Below are positions 19,062 to 27,619 of a stretch of 64,000 bases of DNA, one piece after another. Position 1 is the stretch's first letter. Every line of letters starts with the position of its first letter. The position numbers and the translations under genes were made by a program. This DNA comes from a virus. The notes beneath the pieces were generated by a model, which searched no databases, had not been told where the DNA came from, and saw only the letters and a list, made by a program, of their open reading frames with translations. Where the stretch lies: positions 37,798 through 101,797 of the IMG/VR virus record IMGVR_UViG_3300043788_000131; one strand, written 5' to 3'.

Positions 19062-19589
19062 TTAGGGCTTTGGAATAACTGTTGCAGGAACAGTCTTTGG
19101 CAGTGCCGTGCCTTTGTCGCCCGGAGTGCCGGCGGGTATCGTAAATGCCGGAGCAGTGAACAATCCGGTAGCCGGGTTAAACGTGCAGCCAATGGTGATG
19201 AGCGGCGAGTAGCACAGCGCTATCGTGAAGCCGGCCGGCGCGGAATCAATGGCGGGGTCGGCGGCTACAAGCTGCTGCACCGTGTTCGTGCCGTCGATGA
19301 GGGCACAAGTCAGTTGCGGCGGCGCGACGCCGGTCGCGGTCTGAATTGCACTTATCCATTGCGGATACCCGTCGGCGCTTACCGCATTTGGCGGCACCGA
19401 CTGGATCAGCGCAGACTCGCCGGGGAGCAAAGGGTGCAAACTCGGTGGCGTGAGCGAGTGCCCGACAATGACTGCCGGGGTTGTGCCGTCCGGCATTGTT
19501 CCGAGAGAAATCTGGCCTTCGTCATCAGCAATGGTGCGCCGGTGCATCTTCGATGCCGTCGCGTAAACAATCGCATACGACGCAGCCAT
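19062..19589 (-). CDS. Partner/chaperone-like protein of the glycine-rich fibres
   Basis: ALIDGTNTVQQLVAAD...IGCTFNP.TG.FTAP module commonly adjacent to Gly-rich fibre genes. Confidence 0.5.
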   Translation of the reverse strand: MAASYAIVYATASKMHRRTIADDEGQISLGTMPDGTTPAVIVGHSLTPPSLHPLLPGESALIQSVPPNAVSADGYPQWISAIQTATGVAPPQLTCALIDGTNTVQQLVAADPAIDSAPAGFTIALCYSPLITIGCTFNPATGLFTAPAFTIPAGTPGDKGTALPKTVPATVIPKP

Positions 19590-19620
19590 GATTGTCCCTT
19601 TGCAGATCGCCGGCCTGGGA

Positions 19621-20700
19621 CTACCAGTACGGGACCATGATCGTCTGGTTCCTTAGGCGGACGAGTTGGTCTGCTCCGTCGTGAAACATTCCCGCCCAAA
19701 CAATGAGGGGGTTGAAGGTGATGCCGATCAGGCCGCCGGCACCCGTGCCACCCGCGGGAGCGGTTGTCATTGTCCCGTTGGCTGAGCCCGATCCGGCACC
19801 GCCGCCACCGTAATTTCCTCCATTCCCGCCCTTCAAAACGGAAGTGGTCGTCGACGATCCGGTGGCGCCAGAGCCGCCGCCGCCGCCGCCCGCGCCATGC
19901 GTGCCGTCATAGGTGGTGTCAGAGCCTCCATTGCCGCCTGTATTCGTGGTGGTTGCGCCGGAAGAACCGTTTGATCCTGATGCGCCGCCGCCTATGGTGC
20001 CGTTGGCCCCGGTCGTGCCGCCGCCAGTACCAGCGCCAGCGCCGCTTGTTCCTTGGCCGCCATTAGCGCCGGTCGTCGTCGTGGAGGTTGTGCCGGCGGT
20101 CGACGAGCCACCATTTGACCCGCCACCGCCACCGCCACCGGCGTTGTTCACGCTTGAAGTATTGCTGCCTCCGGCCTTGCCGCCGCCTACGGAGCCAGCC
20201 GCGCCACCGCCGCCGCCGCCGGGGGCATTTGTGCCCGTGCCGGTGGTGGACGTGCCACCTTGTCCGCCGGTTTGCGAAACGGCGGTATAAGTTACGGCAG
20301 GTGACCCGTTGGTAACCCCGGCGCCACCGGCACCGCCTGTCGCTGTCGTGCTGGCGGCCCCATCAGGTCCCGCGTTCCCGCACTGCGCTTCGTAGGTGTT
20401 TGTTGTTGTTGTGCCCTGCCAAAACGTAGCGAGGGTGTTTTGGTCGGCGGTGTTCGTATTTTGCGCGGCAATGGCGAACGCCGTGGTGGAGGAGAGAATG
20501 CCTGCGGACCATGTCAGCAGATAAGACCCACCTCCGCCGCCACCCGCCGCGCCACCTCCAGCCGTGGCGCCGTTGCCGTTGTGGCCGTTTCCACCCTTGC
20601 CACCAGAGCCCACTAACTGGACGGTATGCCCTTGCTCCTGGAAACTATTTACCTTGGCCCAGGGCGATGAACTTGCCGAGGTGAGAAAGACCTGCGCCAT
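19621..20700 (-). CDS. Glycine/threonine-rich virion protein (paralogue of 17960..19000)
   Basis: VQLVGSGGKGG start, YGGGG...GAGGLIGITF end. Confidence 0.75.
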   Translation of the reverse strand: MAQVFLTSASSSPWAKVNSFQEQGHTVQLVGSGGKGGNGHNGNGATAGGGAAGGGGGGSYLLTWSAGILSSTTAFAIAAQNTNTADQNTLATFWQGTTTTNTYEAQCGNAGPDGAASTTATGGAGGAGVTNGSPAVTYTAVSQTGGQGGTSTTGTGTNAPGGGGGGAAGSVGGGKAGGSNTSSVNNAGGGGGGGSNGGSSTAGTTSTTTTGANGGQGTSGAGAGTGGGTTGANGTIGGGASGSNGSSGATTTNTGGNGGSDTTYDGTHGAGGGGGGSGATGSSTTTSVLKGGNGGNYGGGGAGSGSANGTMTTAPAGGTGAGGLIGITFNPLIVWAGMFHDGADQLVRLRNQTIMVPYW

Positions 20701-20703
20701 TTC

Positions 20704-21024
20704 TCACCCCATTACGATCGCGTCCGTGTCCATGCTGCGCTTGAAGTGCGGGTTCTCGGTGCAGCGGATCAGGTACATCTTGATTGGTAGTTGTTCGAGG
20801 ACCGCGGGATCGTTGCGCGATCTGATCCATTCGCCGACGCACCGCTCGATGGTTGCTATCAGCCATGGAATTTTCTCCCACGGCACCGGCTCCTCGACCT
20901 GCAGGCCCTCGATAACAAAGCAGAGTTCGTCGATGCGGGTGTGGTGGCAGAAGGCCTCTTTCTGATCCACGACGAAGCGCAAGCCGCCGTAGGGATCGAG
21001 GATGCCGCAAACGTCGCTCTTCAT
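20704..21024 (-). CDS. Hypothetical protein
   Basis: Tightly packed in operon. Confidence 0.55.
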   Translation of the reverse strand: MKSDVCGILDPYGGLRFVVDQKEAFCHHTRIDELCFVIEGLQVEEPVPWEKIPWLIATIERCVGEWIRSRNDPAVLEQLPIKMYLIRCTENPHFKRSMDTDAIVMG

Positions 21025-21168
21025 TTACCCCGAGGCCAGACTGATGATGCGCTGGATGATCGAGGGAAAATTCACGCCAAACTGCGCCCAGATCGGCAGC
21101 ACATACGGCGTGAGGTTGATCGGGTTCGACTGGTCCGCGATCAACCCGTAGTAGATCGCTGGCATCAT
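21025..21168 (-). CDS. 47-aa hydrophobic peptide (MMPAIYYGLIADQSNP...)
   Basis: Exactly fills the gap between coupled genes. Confidence 0.5.
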   Translation of the reverse strand: MMPAIYYGLIADQSNPINLTPYVLPIWAQFGVNFPSIIQRIISLASG

Positions 21169-21170
21169 CG

Positions 21171-21500
21171 TCAGATCCTCAGAAGCTTCCAGGGGAAGGT
21201 GCGGCCGGTGCCGGCCTGCTGGTTCAGCGTGACCTTGAGCGATTGATCGCTCGCGATCGGCGGGCTGATCTTGTGATCGTTCAGTTGGTTGTGCTGGTAG
21301 GTGCCCTTCCAAGCCTGGGTGAGCGCGCCGCCGTTGAGCGTGACCGTGTAGATGCGCACTTCCAGGAGATCGCCGTTCACCAGATTGGTAACGTCCACCT
21401 CAAAGACGAAGGTGGCGTTGTTGCTGTCGGTGACCAGCGTCGTTTCCGAGCCAATCGAAAGCGCACCCGTGGTGCCGCTGGAGGACAGGGTCCACGCCAT
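21171..21500 (-). CDS. Small beta-sandwich structural protein
   Basis: Alternating beta pattern, Thr-rich. Confidence 0.6.
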   Translation of the reverse strand: MAWTLSSSGTTGALSIGSETTLVTDSNNATFVFEVDVTNLVNGDLLEVRIYTVTLNGGALTQAWKGTYQHNQLNDHKISPPIASDQSLKVTLNQQAGTGRTFPWKLLRI

Positions 21501-21529
21501 CGCTGCCAAACCTGAGTTTTAGGTGTTTG

Positions 21530-22345
21530 CTACTGATAGATGCCGTAGACAGAGACATCTATCGTGGAGGAGCCGGAGCCAGTTTGACACCGCGCCCACA
21601 AGTTGGTGCCGTTGGGGACTGAAATGAAGTACGGCCCCCAGGAGGCTGGCAACGGCGCCGCATAAGCCACGTTGTCCCAAAAACCGGCGACGTCAGGGAT
21701 GATGACTTGCTGTGAGCCGCCCGCACCGAGCGCAATATCCAAAAGGAAGTGGGTGTCCGTAGAGGGCGACACTTGGTTGTCCAGGCCAATCAGAAGGCCC
21801 ATGTAATCGCGTGCCGTCACGCCAAGACTGGTGTAGCTGCCTTTTGTGTTGGAGGCGCCAGCGGTGATCGTGGTGCCATGGCTGGAAGCGGTGAGGGCAC
21901 CGATCGAATCTACGCCCGCGGCGCCTTCCATCTGCGTGAAAGAGCCATCGAATAGCTGGACAGCCACGTTACAGCCGGCCGAGGCGGTGTTGGATTGGCC
22001 GCGGGCCGAAATCCTGGTGCCGGCTGGCACCGTGATCGGGAAGAAGTAGAACGAACAGATTTCGTTAACAAAGGCCGCGCAACCGGCCAGATTATTGACG
22101 ACGACTTTCTCGGATGCGGCGGCGCCTATGGCAATGTCCACTAGGAACGTGCCGGTGCCACTAGTGACGTCGATGGTGACGCCCATCCAGCAGGCGTCGA
22201 ATGCGGTTGAGGCTATTAGAGTAGTGTAGGCGCCTTTGGTGTTGGTCGAGCCAGATGCAGTGATAGCAATGCCAGAGCTTCCGGCGGCTAAAACCCCGGA
22301 TTTGCCATTGCAAATCTCAAGGCCGAGAGGAAAACCGCCCGCCAT
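21530..22345 (-). CDS. Structural protein with internal two-domain duplication
   Basis: NTKG(A/S)YT...FL(V/L)DIA(I/L)GA..S...VP.GT...AR.Q occurs twice. Confidence 0.7.
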   Translation of the reverse strand: MAGGFPLGLEICNGKSGVLAAGSSGIAITASGSTNTKGAYTTLIASTAFDACWMGVTIDVTSGTGTFLVDIAIGAAASEKVVVNNLAGCAAFVNEICSFYFFPITVPAGTRISARGQSNTASAGCNVAVQLFDGSFTQMEGAAGVDSIGALTASSHGTTITAGASNTKGSYTSLGVTARDYMGLLIGLDNQVSPSTDTHFLLDIALGAGGSQQVIIPDVAGFWDNVAYAAPLPASWGPYFISVPNGTNLWARCQTGSGSSTIDVSVYGIYQ

Positions 22346-22370
22346 AACAAGCCCCGCGATGTAAGAGAGA

Positions 22371-22673
22371 TCAGGTTTTGCCGATGTCAGTCCAAAGCAT
22401 CTGACCGGCTTCGATGCGCTTCAGCTTTTCCTCGAATGGGTCACATACGCCAGTAGCCGCGCACCGAGGGCAAATAAGCCCATCGAGGTAATTCGTCCCC
22501 CCGTGGATTCGGCAAAAACCGCCGACATCAGCGGGATCGGCGAAGGGCGGGACGAACACGGCTTTCTGGCAGTGCGCACAGACGAAGCCGTCCGATTCCT
22601 TGACCCGTTGCTGTCCTTTGGATCGCTGTGGGTCATCGTCGGTCTGTATGAAGTAGAAGCCGGTGCGTCTCAT
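22371..22673 (-). CDS. Cys-rich zinc-finger-like protein
   Basis: CAHC...CRIH...CPRC...C; ATGA-coupled to the FkbM gene. Confidence 0.6.
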   Translation of the reverse strand: MRRTGFYFIQTDDDPQRSKGQQRVKESDGFVCAHCQKAVFVPPFADPADVGGFCRIHGGTNYLDGLICPRCAATGVCDPFEEKLKRIEAGQMLWTDIGKT

Positions 22674-23455
22674 GGCCGTAGGATCTTCGAGGCCGGCGGT
22701 TGCTGCTGGAAGAACCTCAAGGTCGGATCGCCCTTGGGGACGCACACGACGTTGATGCCCGCCGGAATGAACTCGTAGTTCTGCCCGAGGTGAAACTTGA
22801 GCACATCCATGCCGCAGACGTGGTGCTCGATCTGTAGCACCGGCTTGAACCGCGCGATCGTCTCGCGCGCGCCGCGCAGCGCCTTCGGCTCCATGCCCTC
22901 GATGTCGAGCTTGAGGAAGTCGAGACGCGGCAGCTTCAGCGCGTCGATCGCCATCTTCCTGACCATCACCCTGCGCATCGGTTGGGCGCCTGGATCACAT
23001 TCGGCGTCCATGTGGCAGCCGCCGGAATTGTGGGGGGTTTCGCAGTCCCACTCCGGGATCTCCGCCTCGCCCGGCTCGGCGTCGAGGATTGCTCGGAAGG
23101 CGCGGGCGTTCGTACAGTTGTTGATCGCGATATTGCCGCACAGAGCGTAGAAGACGCGCTCCTGCGGCTCGATGGCGATGATGTCGCCCCAGCCGCGGAT
23201 GGCGTTGGCCCAGGCGACGGTGATGTAGCCGATGTTCGCCCCGCCATCGACTACCATCAGGTGTGTGTTTCGCGTCTGCTTGAGCGCCTGCAAAATCTGT
23301 ATGCCCGCCGCGATTTCGCGGATTTCGCAGTCGCCGTTCTCAAGGATACAGGCACCCCCGCCCAGGCCCTCGTGGTTGGTGTCGTAGTCGAGGCGATTAA
23401 CGATCAGCGTGCCGGTGTCGGCCGCCGCGAGCACAAACGAGAGCTTGCGGTTCAT
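22670..23455 (-). CDS. FkbM-family SAM methyltransferase
   Basis: VVDGGANIGY, AIEPQ, IDALKL.RLDFLKLDIEGME..ALRGA..TI...KPVL.IE. Confidence 0.9.
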   Translation of the reverse strand: MNRKLSFVLAAADTGTLIVNRLDYDTNHEGLGGGACILENGDCEIREIAAGIQILQALKQTRNTHLMVVDGGANIGYITVAWANAIRGWGDIIAIEPQERVFYALCGNIAINNCTNARAFRAILDAEPGEAEIPEWDCETPHNSGGCHMDAECDPGAQPMRRVMVRKMAIDALKLPRLDFLKLDIEGMEPKALRGARETIARFKPVLQIEHHVCGMDVLKFHLGQNYEFIPAGINVVCVPKGDPTLRFFQQQPPASKILRP

Positions 23456-23628
23456 GCCCGGCCCGCCATGACAGCGGTTGCATGGGCGTGGGCGACTAGA
23501 AACATCCCCGCAAAGGCGGCGCCTTGGCCGAATTCATCAACCTGGAGGAGTTTCGCCGCCGCCGAAAGAAGTCCAGCCGAAACAGTGGCCAGACAAAAAG
23601 GCAACGCGACGTCGATCAACTTCCTCAT
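23452..23628 (-). CDS. Small two-TM membrane protein
   Basis: 58 aa hydrophobic; overlaps both neighbours by 4 nt. Confidence 0.5.
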   Translation of the reverse strand: MRKLIDVALPFCLATVSAGLLSAAAKLLQVDEFGQGAAFAGMFLVAHAHATAVMAGRA

Positions 23629-24044
23629 AGCGCCTCGATCTCGATGACTTCCTCGCCCGCCTGCTGCGTGCCGTTGAGCATCGGGAAGAAGGTCTGATCG
23701 TCGGCGGCGACGGTAAGGACGAGCTCGTTCTTGCGGCGGGCTGCCTTGAACATGTCGCCGGCCCAAACGCGGGCGATGGCGTCTTTCAGTTTCTCGGCCA
23801 CGACTTCGGCGAGCTCATCCGGCGAGCACGGCACCTTAGTTATCGCCGGCTGGTTCGGATCGGGCTGAACAATCCACTTCGCGTCGAACGAAGTCTCGCC
23901 CTCGCGGATCGGCCGCCACAGGTCCTCTTTCTTGACCTTGTAGCCGGCCTCGGTGCAGCCGCCGCGCGAGGCGGTGTAGCAGATGCGGATTTCGTCGCCC
24001 TCAACCAGGGCCACGGGCTTCACGCGAGCAAAGATGGTTTTCAC
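23625..24044 (-). CDS. Hypothetical protein
   Basis: GTGA coupling to the upstream glycosyltransferase. Confidence 0.55.
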   Translation of the reverse strand: MKTIFARVKPVALVEGDEIRICYTASRGGCTEAGYKVKKEDLWRPIREGETSFDAKWIVQPDPNQPAITKVPCSPDELAEVVAEKLKDAIARVWAGDMFKAARRKNELVLTVAADDQTFFPMLNGTQQAGEEVIEIEAL

Positions 24045-25411
24045 AGGTTTTCCAGCGCGAGTTTCACGTTTGCGATGACGCTGTCCCAATCGCCGAGCGC
24101 GGGCTGACGGAAGACCTTCATCGAGGAGTACCAGATCGTTTCGTTGTCCTCGCGCATCCACGGCCAGTAGCCGTTGAAGCGCACGAGGTTCCAAACAGAC
24201 TTGCCGAGCGCGCCGGCGAGGTGCGCGACCGCGGTGTCGACCGTGATGACCAGATCGAGGTTCTTGATGAACTGCGCAGTGTCGTGCAGGTCGTCGATCA
24301 ACTCGACAAAGTTGGCGATCGGCATATCGCGCGGGATGTCCGCCTTCGGCACCTGCAGCGAGACGAAGGTGACGCCCTTGATGCCCATGAGTGGGCGGAG
24401 CATTTCCAGCGGAATCGACTTGGCGCTGGCAGAGGCCTCGGTCTCAGGCTGTAAAGGGCGGCGCCCACTCGACCAGCACAGGCCGACGCGCAAGCGCTCG
24501 GGCAGCGCCGCCAGCCGCTTAGCAAACTCGTCGGGCTGGTCGCCGTATCTCGGCTGCGTCGTAAGATAGGGGAAGGGCCGAATGTCGGCCGGCCCCATGC
24601 CAAGCAGTCGCGGCACGTCGAGCAGCGGGCACGAAAAGTCGATTGCCGCAGGGTCTTTGTACTGGTCGCCGCTGGCAAGGACATCGCTGCTGAATGACGC
24701 CTCGGCAAGCCGCTTTGCGGTTGGCCTCACTTCGAGGATAATGCGGGCGAAGGGGTAGCGCTTCTGGACATCGTCAACGAAACGCAGCGCCATGATCTCA
24801 TCGCCGTATCCCTGCTCGGAGAAGAGCAGGATCTGCCTGTCGTCGAGGTCTTGGCCCTCCCAAGGCTTGAAGGTTCGGAACGGGCGAGGCGGGAACGGCG
24901 TGTCGAACCAGCGCCAGTGGTAGTTTTCGAACCCCTCTCTCCAGCGGCCAAGCGCGAGGTAGATCACCCCCAGCTTGACGCGGGCATCCTGGTTATGAGG
25001 CTCGATCTCAAGCGCGGCCTCGAACTCCTTCGCTGCCGCATCAAGCTCCATGGTGTGGGCGAACATCCCCCCACAGAGAATGTGCGGCGTAGCGGTGTTC
25101 GCGAGTTCGAGCGCACGCTGGAACGACAGCCGCGCCGATTCCCACATGCCGTTTTCGGCGAAGGCATAGCCGCGATTCGACCAGACGTCTGGCTGGTCCT
25201 CGCGGATCGAAAGCGAGCGGTCGAAGTAAACCAGGGCGTCGAAGAACCGGCGCTCCTTGAGCAGGCAGATGCCGCGGACATGCCACGCCTCTGCGAGCTC
25301 GGGTTTCACCCGAAGCGCCTGGACGCATAGGTCGCCAGCCCGTTCGAAGGCACCCGCCTTCAACGCGCTGACCGCCAACTCCAGGATCTGGTCCCCCCGC
25401 CATGTGACCAT
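24041..25411 (-). CDS. TPR-repeat + GT-B (GT9-like) glycosyltransferase
   Basis: TPR helices; EQGYGDEIM..RF, VGLCW, FVSLQ, DTAQFIKNLDLVITVDTAVAHLAGALG, WY.S..VFRQ...GDW. Confidence 0.9.
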   Translation of the reverse strand: MVTWRGDQILELAVSALKAGAFERAGDLCVQALRVKPELAEAWHVRGICLLKERRFFDALVYFDRSLSIREDQPDVWSNRGYAFAENGMWESARLSFQRALELANTATPHILCGGMFAHTMELDAAAKEFEAALEIEPHNQDARVKLGVIYLALGRWREGFENYHWRWFDTPFPPRPFRTFKPWEGQDLDDRQILLFSEQGYGDEIMALRFVDDVQKRYPFARIILEVRPTAKRLAEASFSSDVLASGDQYKDPAAIDFSCPLLDVPRLLGMGPADIRPFPYLTTQPRYGDQPDEFAKRLAALPERLRVGLCWSSGRRPLQPETEASASAKSIPLEMLRPLMGIKGVTFVSLQVPKADIPRDMPIANFVELIDDLHDTAQFIKNLDLVITVDTAVAHLAGALGKSVWNLVRFNGYWPWMREDNETIWYSSMKVFRQPALGDWDSVIANVKLALENL

Positions 25412-25473
25412 GGCGGGAGGGTTACCAGTGGGCCACTTAGCAGCCGGTTAACGCTCCGGCGGCCTGTGAGCCC

Positions 25474-25941
25474 TTATTCCATGAAGGTGATCTGGGTCGC
25501 GATCGAGGTGTTGTAGTTCGCCGAAAGCTGACGGCAGTCGAAGCCCGCCTGGGCGGTCGCCGCGATGATCAGGAATTGCGATTCCTGGGCCGCGATCCAG
25601 CGGGTGGTGCCGCGCTGGTTGAGGCCGAAGTTCATCACCGAGGAGTTCGCGGTAACGACGGGGTCGGTCGTCAGGTTGATGGCGACTACCGCTTGGCAGG
25701 CCGCATCGGCCGGGTCGGTCGGGTTCGGGGTGAACGCGGTGCCGGCGAGGCCGGTCGTGGTCGTGAACCGCGACACGTCAAGCTGGATCTGGGTATCGGT
25801 CGCCACCGGGTTTTGCACGGCGCCGGCGATGACCTCGTACCATTTTGTACGACGCGGGGTGGCCGACTGCCATTGAGCAGCGGAGCCCTTGTAGGACGAC
25901 GACATGGTCGCCTGGAAGGCCGGAATTCCGTAGGTAGCCAT
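25474..25941 (-). CDS. Thr/Ala-rich beta-sandwich structural protein
   Basis: GGGAG RBS; highly biased codon usage suggests high expression. Confidence 0.65.
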   Translation of the reverse strand: MATYGIPAFQATMSSSYKGSAAQWQSATPRRTKWYEVIAGAVQNPVATDTQIQLDVSRFTTTTGLAGTAFTPNPTDPADAACQAVVAINLTTDPVVTANSSVMNFGLNQRGTTRWIAAQESQFLIIAATAQAGFDCRQLSANYNTSIATQITFME

Positions 25942-25960
25942 TGGGATACTCCCGAAAACG

Positions 25961-25982
25961 AAAAACCGCCCGGAGGGGCGGC
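25961..25982 (-). terminator. Intrinsic terminator-like hairpin
   Basis: GCCGCCC-CTCC-GGGCGGT + TTTTCGTTTT. Confidence 0.7.
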
Positions 25983-26079
25983 TTCTCAGGTCAAGGATGG
26001 CGGGCGACAGCGATTCGCCGCCGCTAGGAAAATCGCAGCGCGGCCATCCGATACGCGCTATGCGTTGAAGATCAGGTCG

Positions 26080-26733
26080 TCACCAATTCCCAAAGCCCGC
26101 AGGCGGCGTGAAGGCGTAAGCTGATTGTCCAAAGTTTGCGATCACGGCCGCACCAGCGCCTGCGATGTCGGAGCCGGCGGCAAGAGCGCCGCTTGGGCCT
26201 CCCAGAGACCCAAAGCTCAAACCACTTGTGTTTGTGGCCGGGTTGGCGGAAGGATTTGCGTTCCAATTTCCGTTATCGACGTTGAACCAAATATCGTTGT
26301 TGCCAAAGTCGACCGCCATCTGGAAAACGGAGGCAAGTGTGCGGCCGGGAAAGGCAAAATTGTTGGGGACACTATTGGCGAAAACGATGTTTCCCGACGA
26401 GGGATACCACCCAACGCTATTGCTATCTATCCCAAGGTAATTGCTGGCGCTGGGAGTGAATGAAGCATTGGCGACGCCGATACCACCAAATGCGCTGACA
26501 AACTTGAACTCCGCGTAGAACTTGCCAGTGGCGGTCTTAAAATTCTTCGCTACTATGGGCGTGTCGCCAGCACTTGAGGTGGTCCATGTGAGGCCACCAT
26601 TTGAGATCACTCCATCAGCGAAATCGCCGTTGAACCAGATGTTGGTGCCACCGGTGCCTGTAGGCGGCACAAATAGGCCCCCCGCATTCTCGAAGTTGCC
26701 GATGAGACGCGCCCGCCTGACAATGAATTGCAT
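26080..26733 (-). CDS. SPRY/concanavalin-like (lectin-fold) virion protein with GNFENAGG N-terminal tag
   Basis: GKFYAEF...GIGVAN...MAVDF....IWF...NFGQSAYAFTPPAGF. Confidence 0.75.
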   Translation of the reverse strand: MQFIVRRARLIGNFENAGGLFVPPTGTGGTNIWFNGDFADGVISNGGLTWTTSSAGDTPIVAKNFKTATGKFYAEFKFVSAFGGIGVANASFTPSASNYLGIDSNSVGWYPSSGNIVFANSVPNNFAFPGRTLASVFQMAVDFGNNDIWFNVDNGNWNANPSANPATNTSGLSFGSLGGPSGALAAGSDIAGAGAAVIANFGQSAYAFTPPAGFGNW

Positions 26734-26734
26734 G

Positions 26735-27415
26735 TCAGCCCGCCTTGAACGACGCAATGACGGCGCTGTAGTCTGTCGCAGTCGTCCATGACGGTGCCCA
26801 AGTAACCGGGGCCGTCGAGTTGACGATCTGATATGACGGCGGTCGGCCGCCTGAACCTGATCCAAGCGGAGTAAAGCCAGCGCCCTCGGTCCAGGTGCCT
26901 AGACCATTGGTGTCATTTATTCCGCAAAAAACAATCTCGTTATTCGATGACAATGCACCAGTAGAAAAGGATGTTGAGGTTACGGCACTTCCATTCCCCG
27001 TGTGATTGGTCTTGTCGAGTCCGCCGTTGGCGCCGGATACTGCTACTGCAGAGATCGACACGCTCTGAGAGCCAGAGAACGTGATAACCGTCCCGACCGG
27101 CATGTGATTGACGTTCAAGCAAGACCAAAGCGTGTCCGCGTAGCTGACGCTGTCTTCTACGGCAAAGACGAAAGTATTGCCCGCATTGTCTGTCACTGTA
27201 GCTGGTAGAAGCGAAACAGACGGCGTAGTAAATGCGCCTATTTCCAGGACCACCAAACTTCCCGCAGGCACATCTCTTGTTGTGGTAAGGGTCGTTACAT
27301 TGTTTGCGCGTGCGGCAAGTAGGAAAGGAGTACCGATAGGGGCTTGCTGAGCGGTCATCCCGCCTGCGTTCTCGAAATTCCCGATGGTGCGGATGCGGCG
27401 GACGACGGATTGCAT
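26735..27415 (-). CDS. Ser/Thr-rich beta protein with GNFENAGG N-terminal tag
   Basis: MQSVVRRIRTIGNFENAGG; VTDNAGNT motif; visibly lower GC body. Confidence 0.7.
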   Translation of the reverse strand: MQSVVRRIRTIGNFENAGGMTAQQAPIGTPFLLAARANNVTTLTTTRDVPAGSLVVLEIGAFTTPSVSLLPATVTDNAGNTFVFAVEDSVSYADTLWSCLNVNHMPVGTVITFSGSQSVSISAVAVSGANGGLDKTNHTGNGSAVTSTSFSTGALSSNNEIVFCGINDTNGLGTWTEGAGFTPLGSGSGGRPPSYQIVNSTAPVTWAPSWTTATDYSAVIASFKAG

Positions 27416-27430
27416 GCTATAGTCCGCTGA

Positions 27431-27619
27431 ATGGGTGAGCGAGAGAACAAGTGCCCCAAATGCGGCGTGTCATCCTTGGCCCAGGATTGGCAATACATTC
27501 GCATTGATTGCGACGTGTGCGGCGACCACCGAGGCGCCCGATGCCCAAAGTGCGCGGAGCCATTCGATTGGGTCTTTGATGATCACGAATTGAGATATTG
27601 GCCGCCGGAGGAGCCCTAG
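27431..27619 (+). CDS. Small antisense zinc-finger protein
   Basis: Three CxxC pairs in 62 aa; fills the intergenic gap exactly. Confidence 0.45.
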   Translation: MGERENKCPKCGVSSLAQDWQYIRIDCDVCGDHRGARCPKCAEPFDWVFDDHELRYWPPEEP

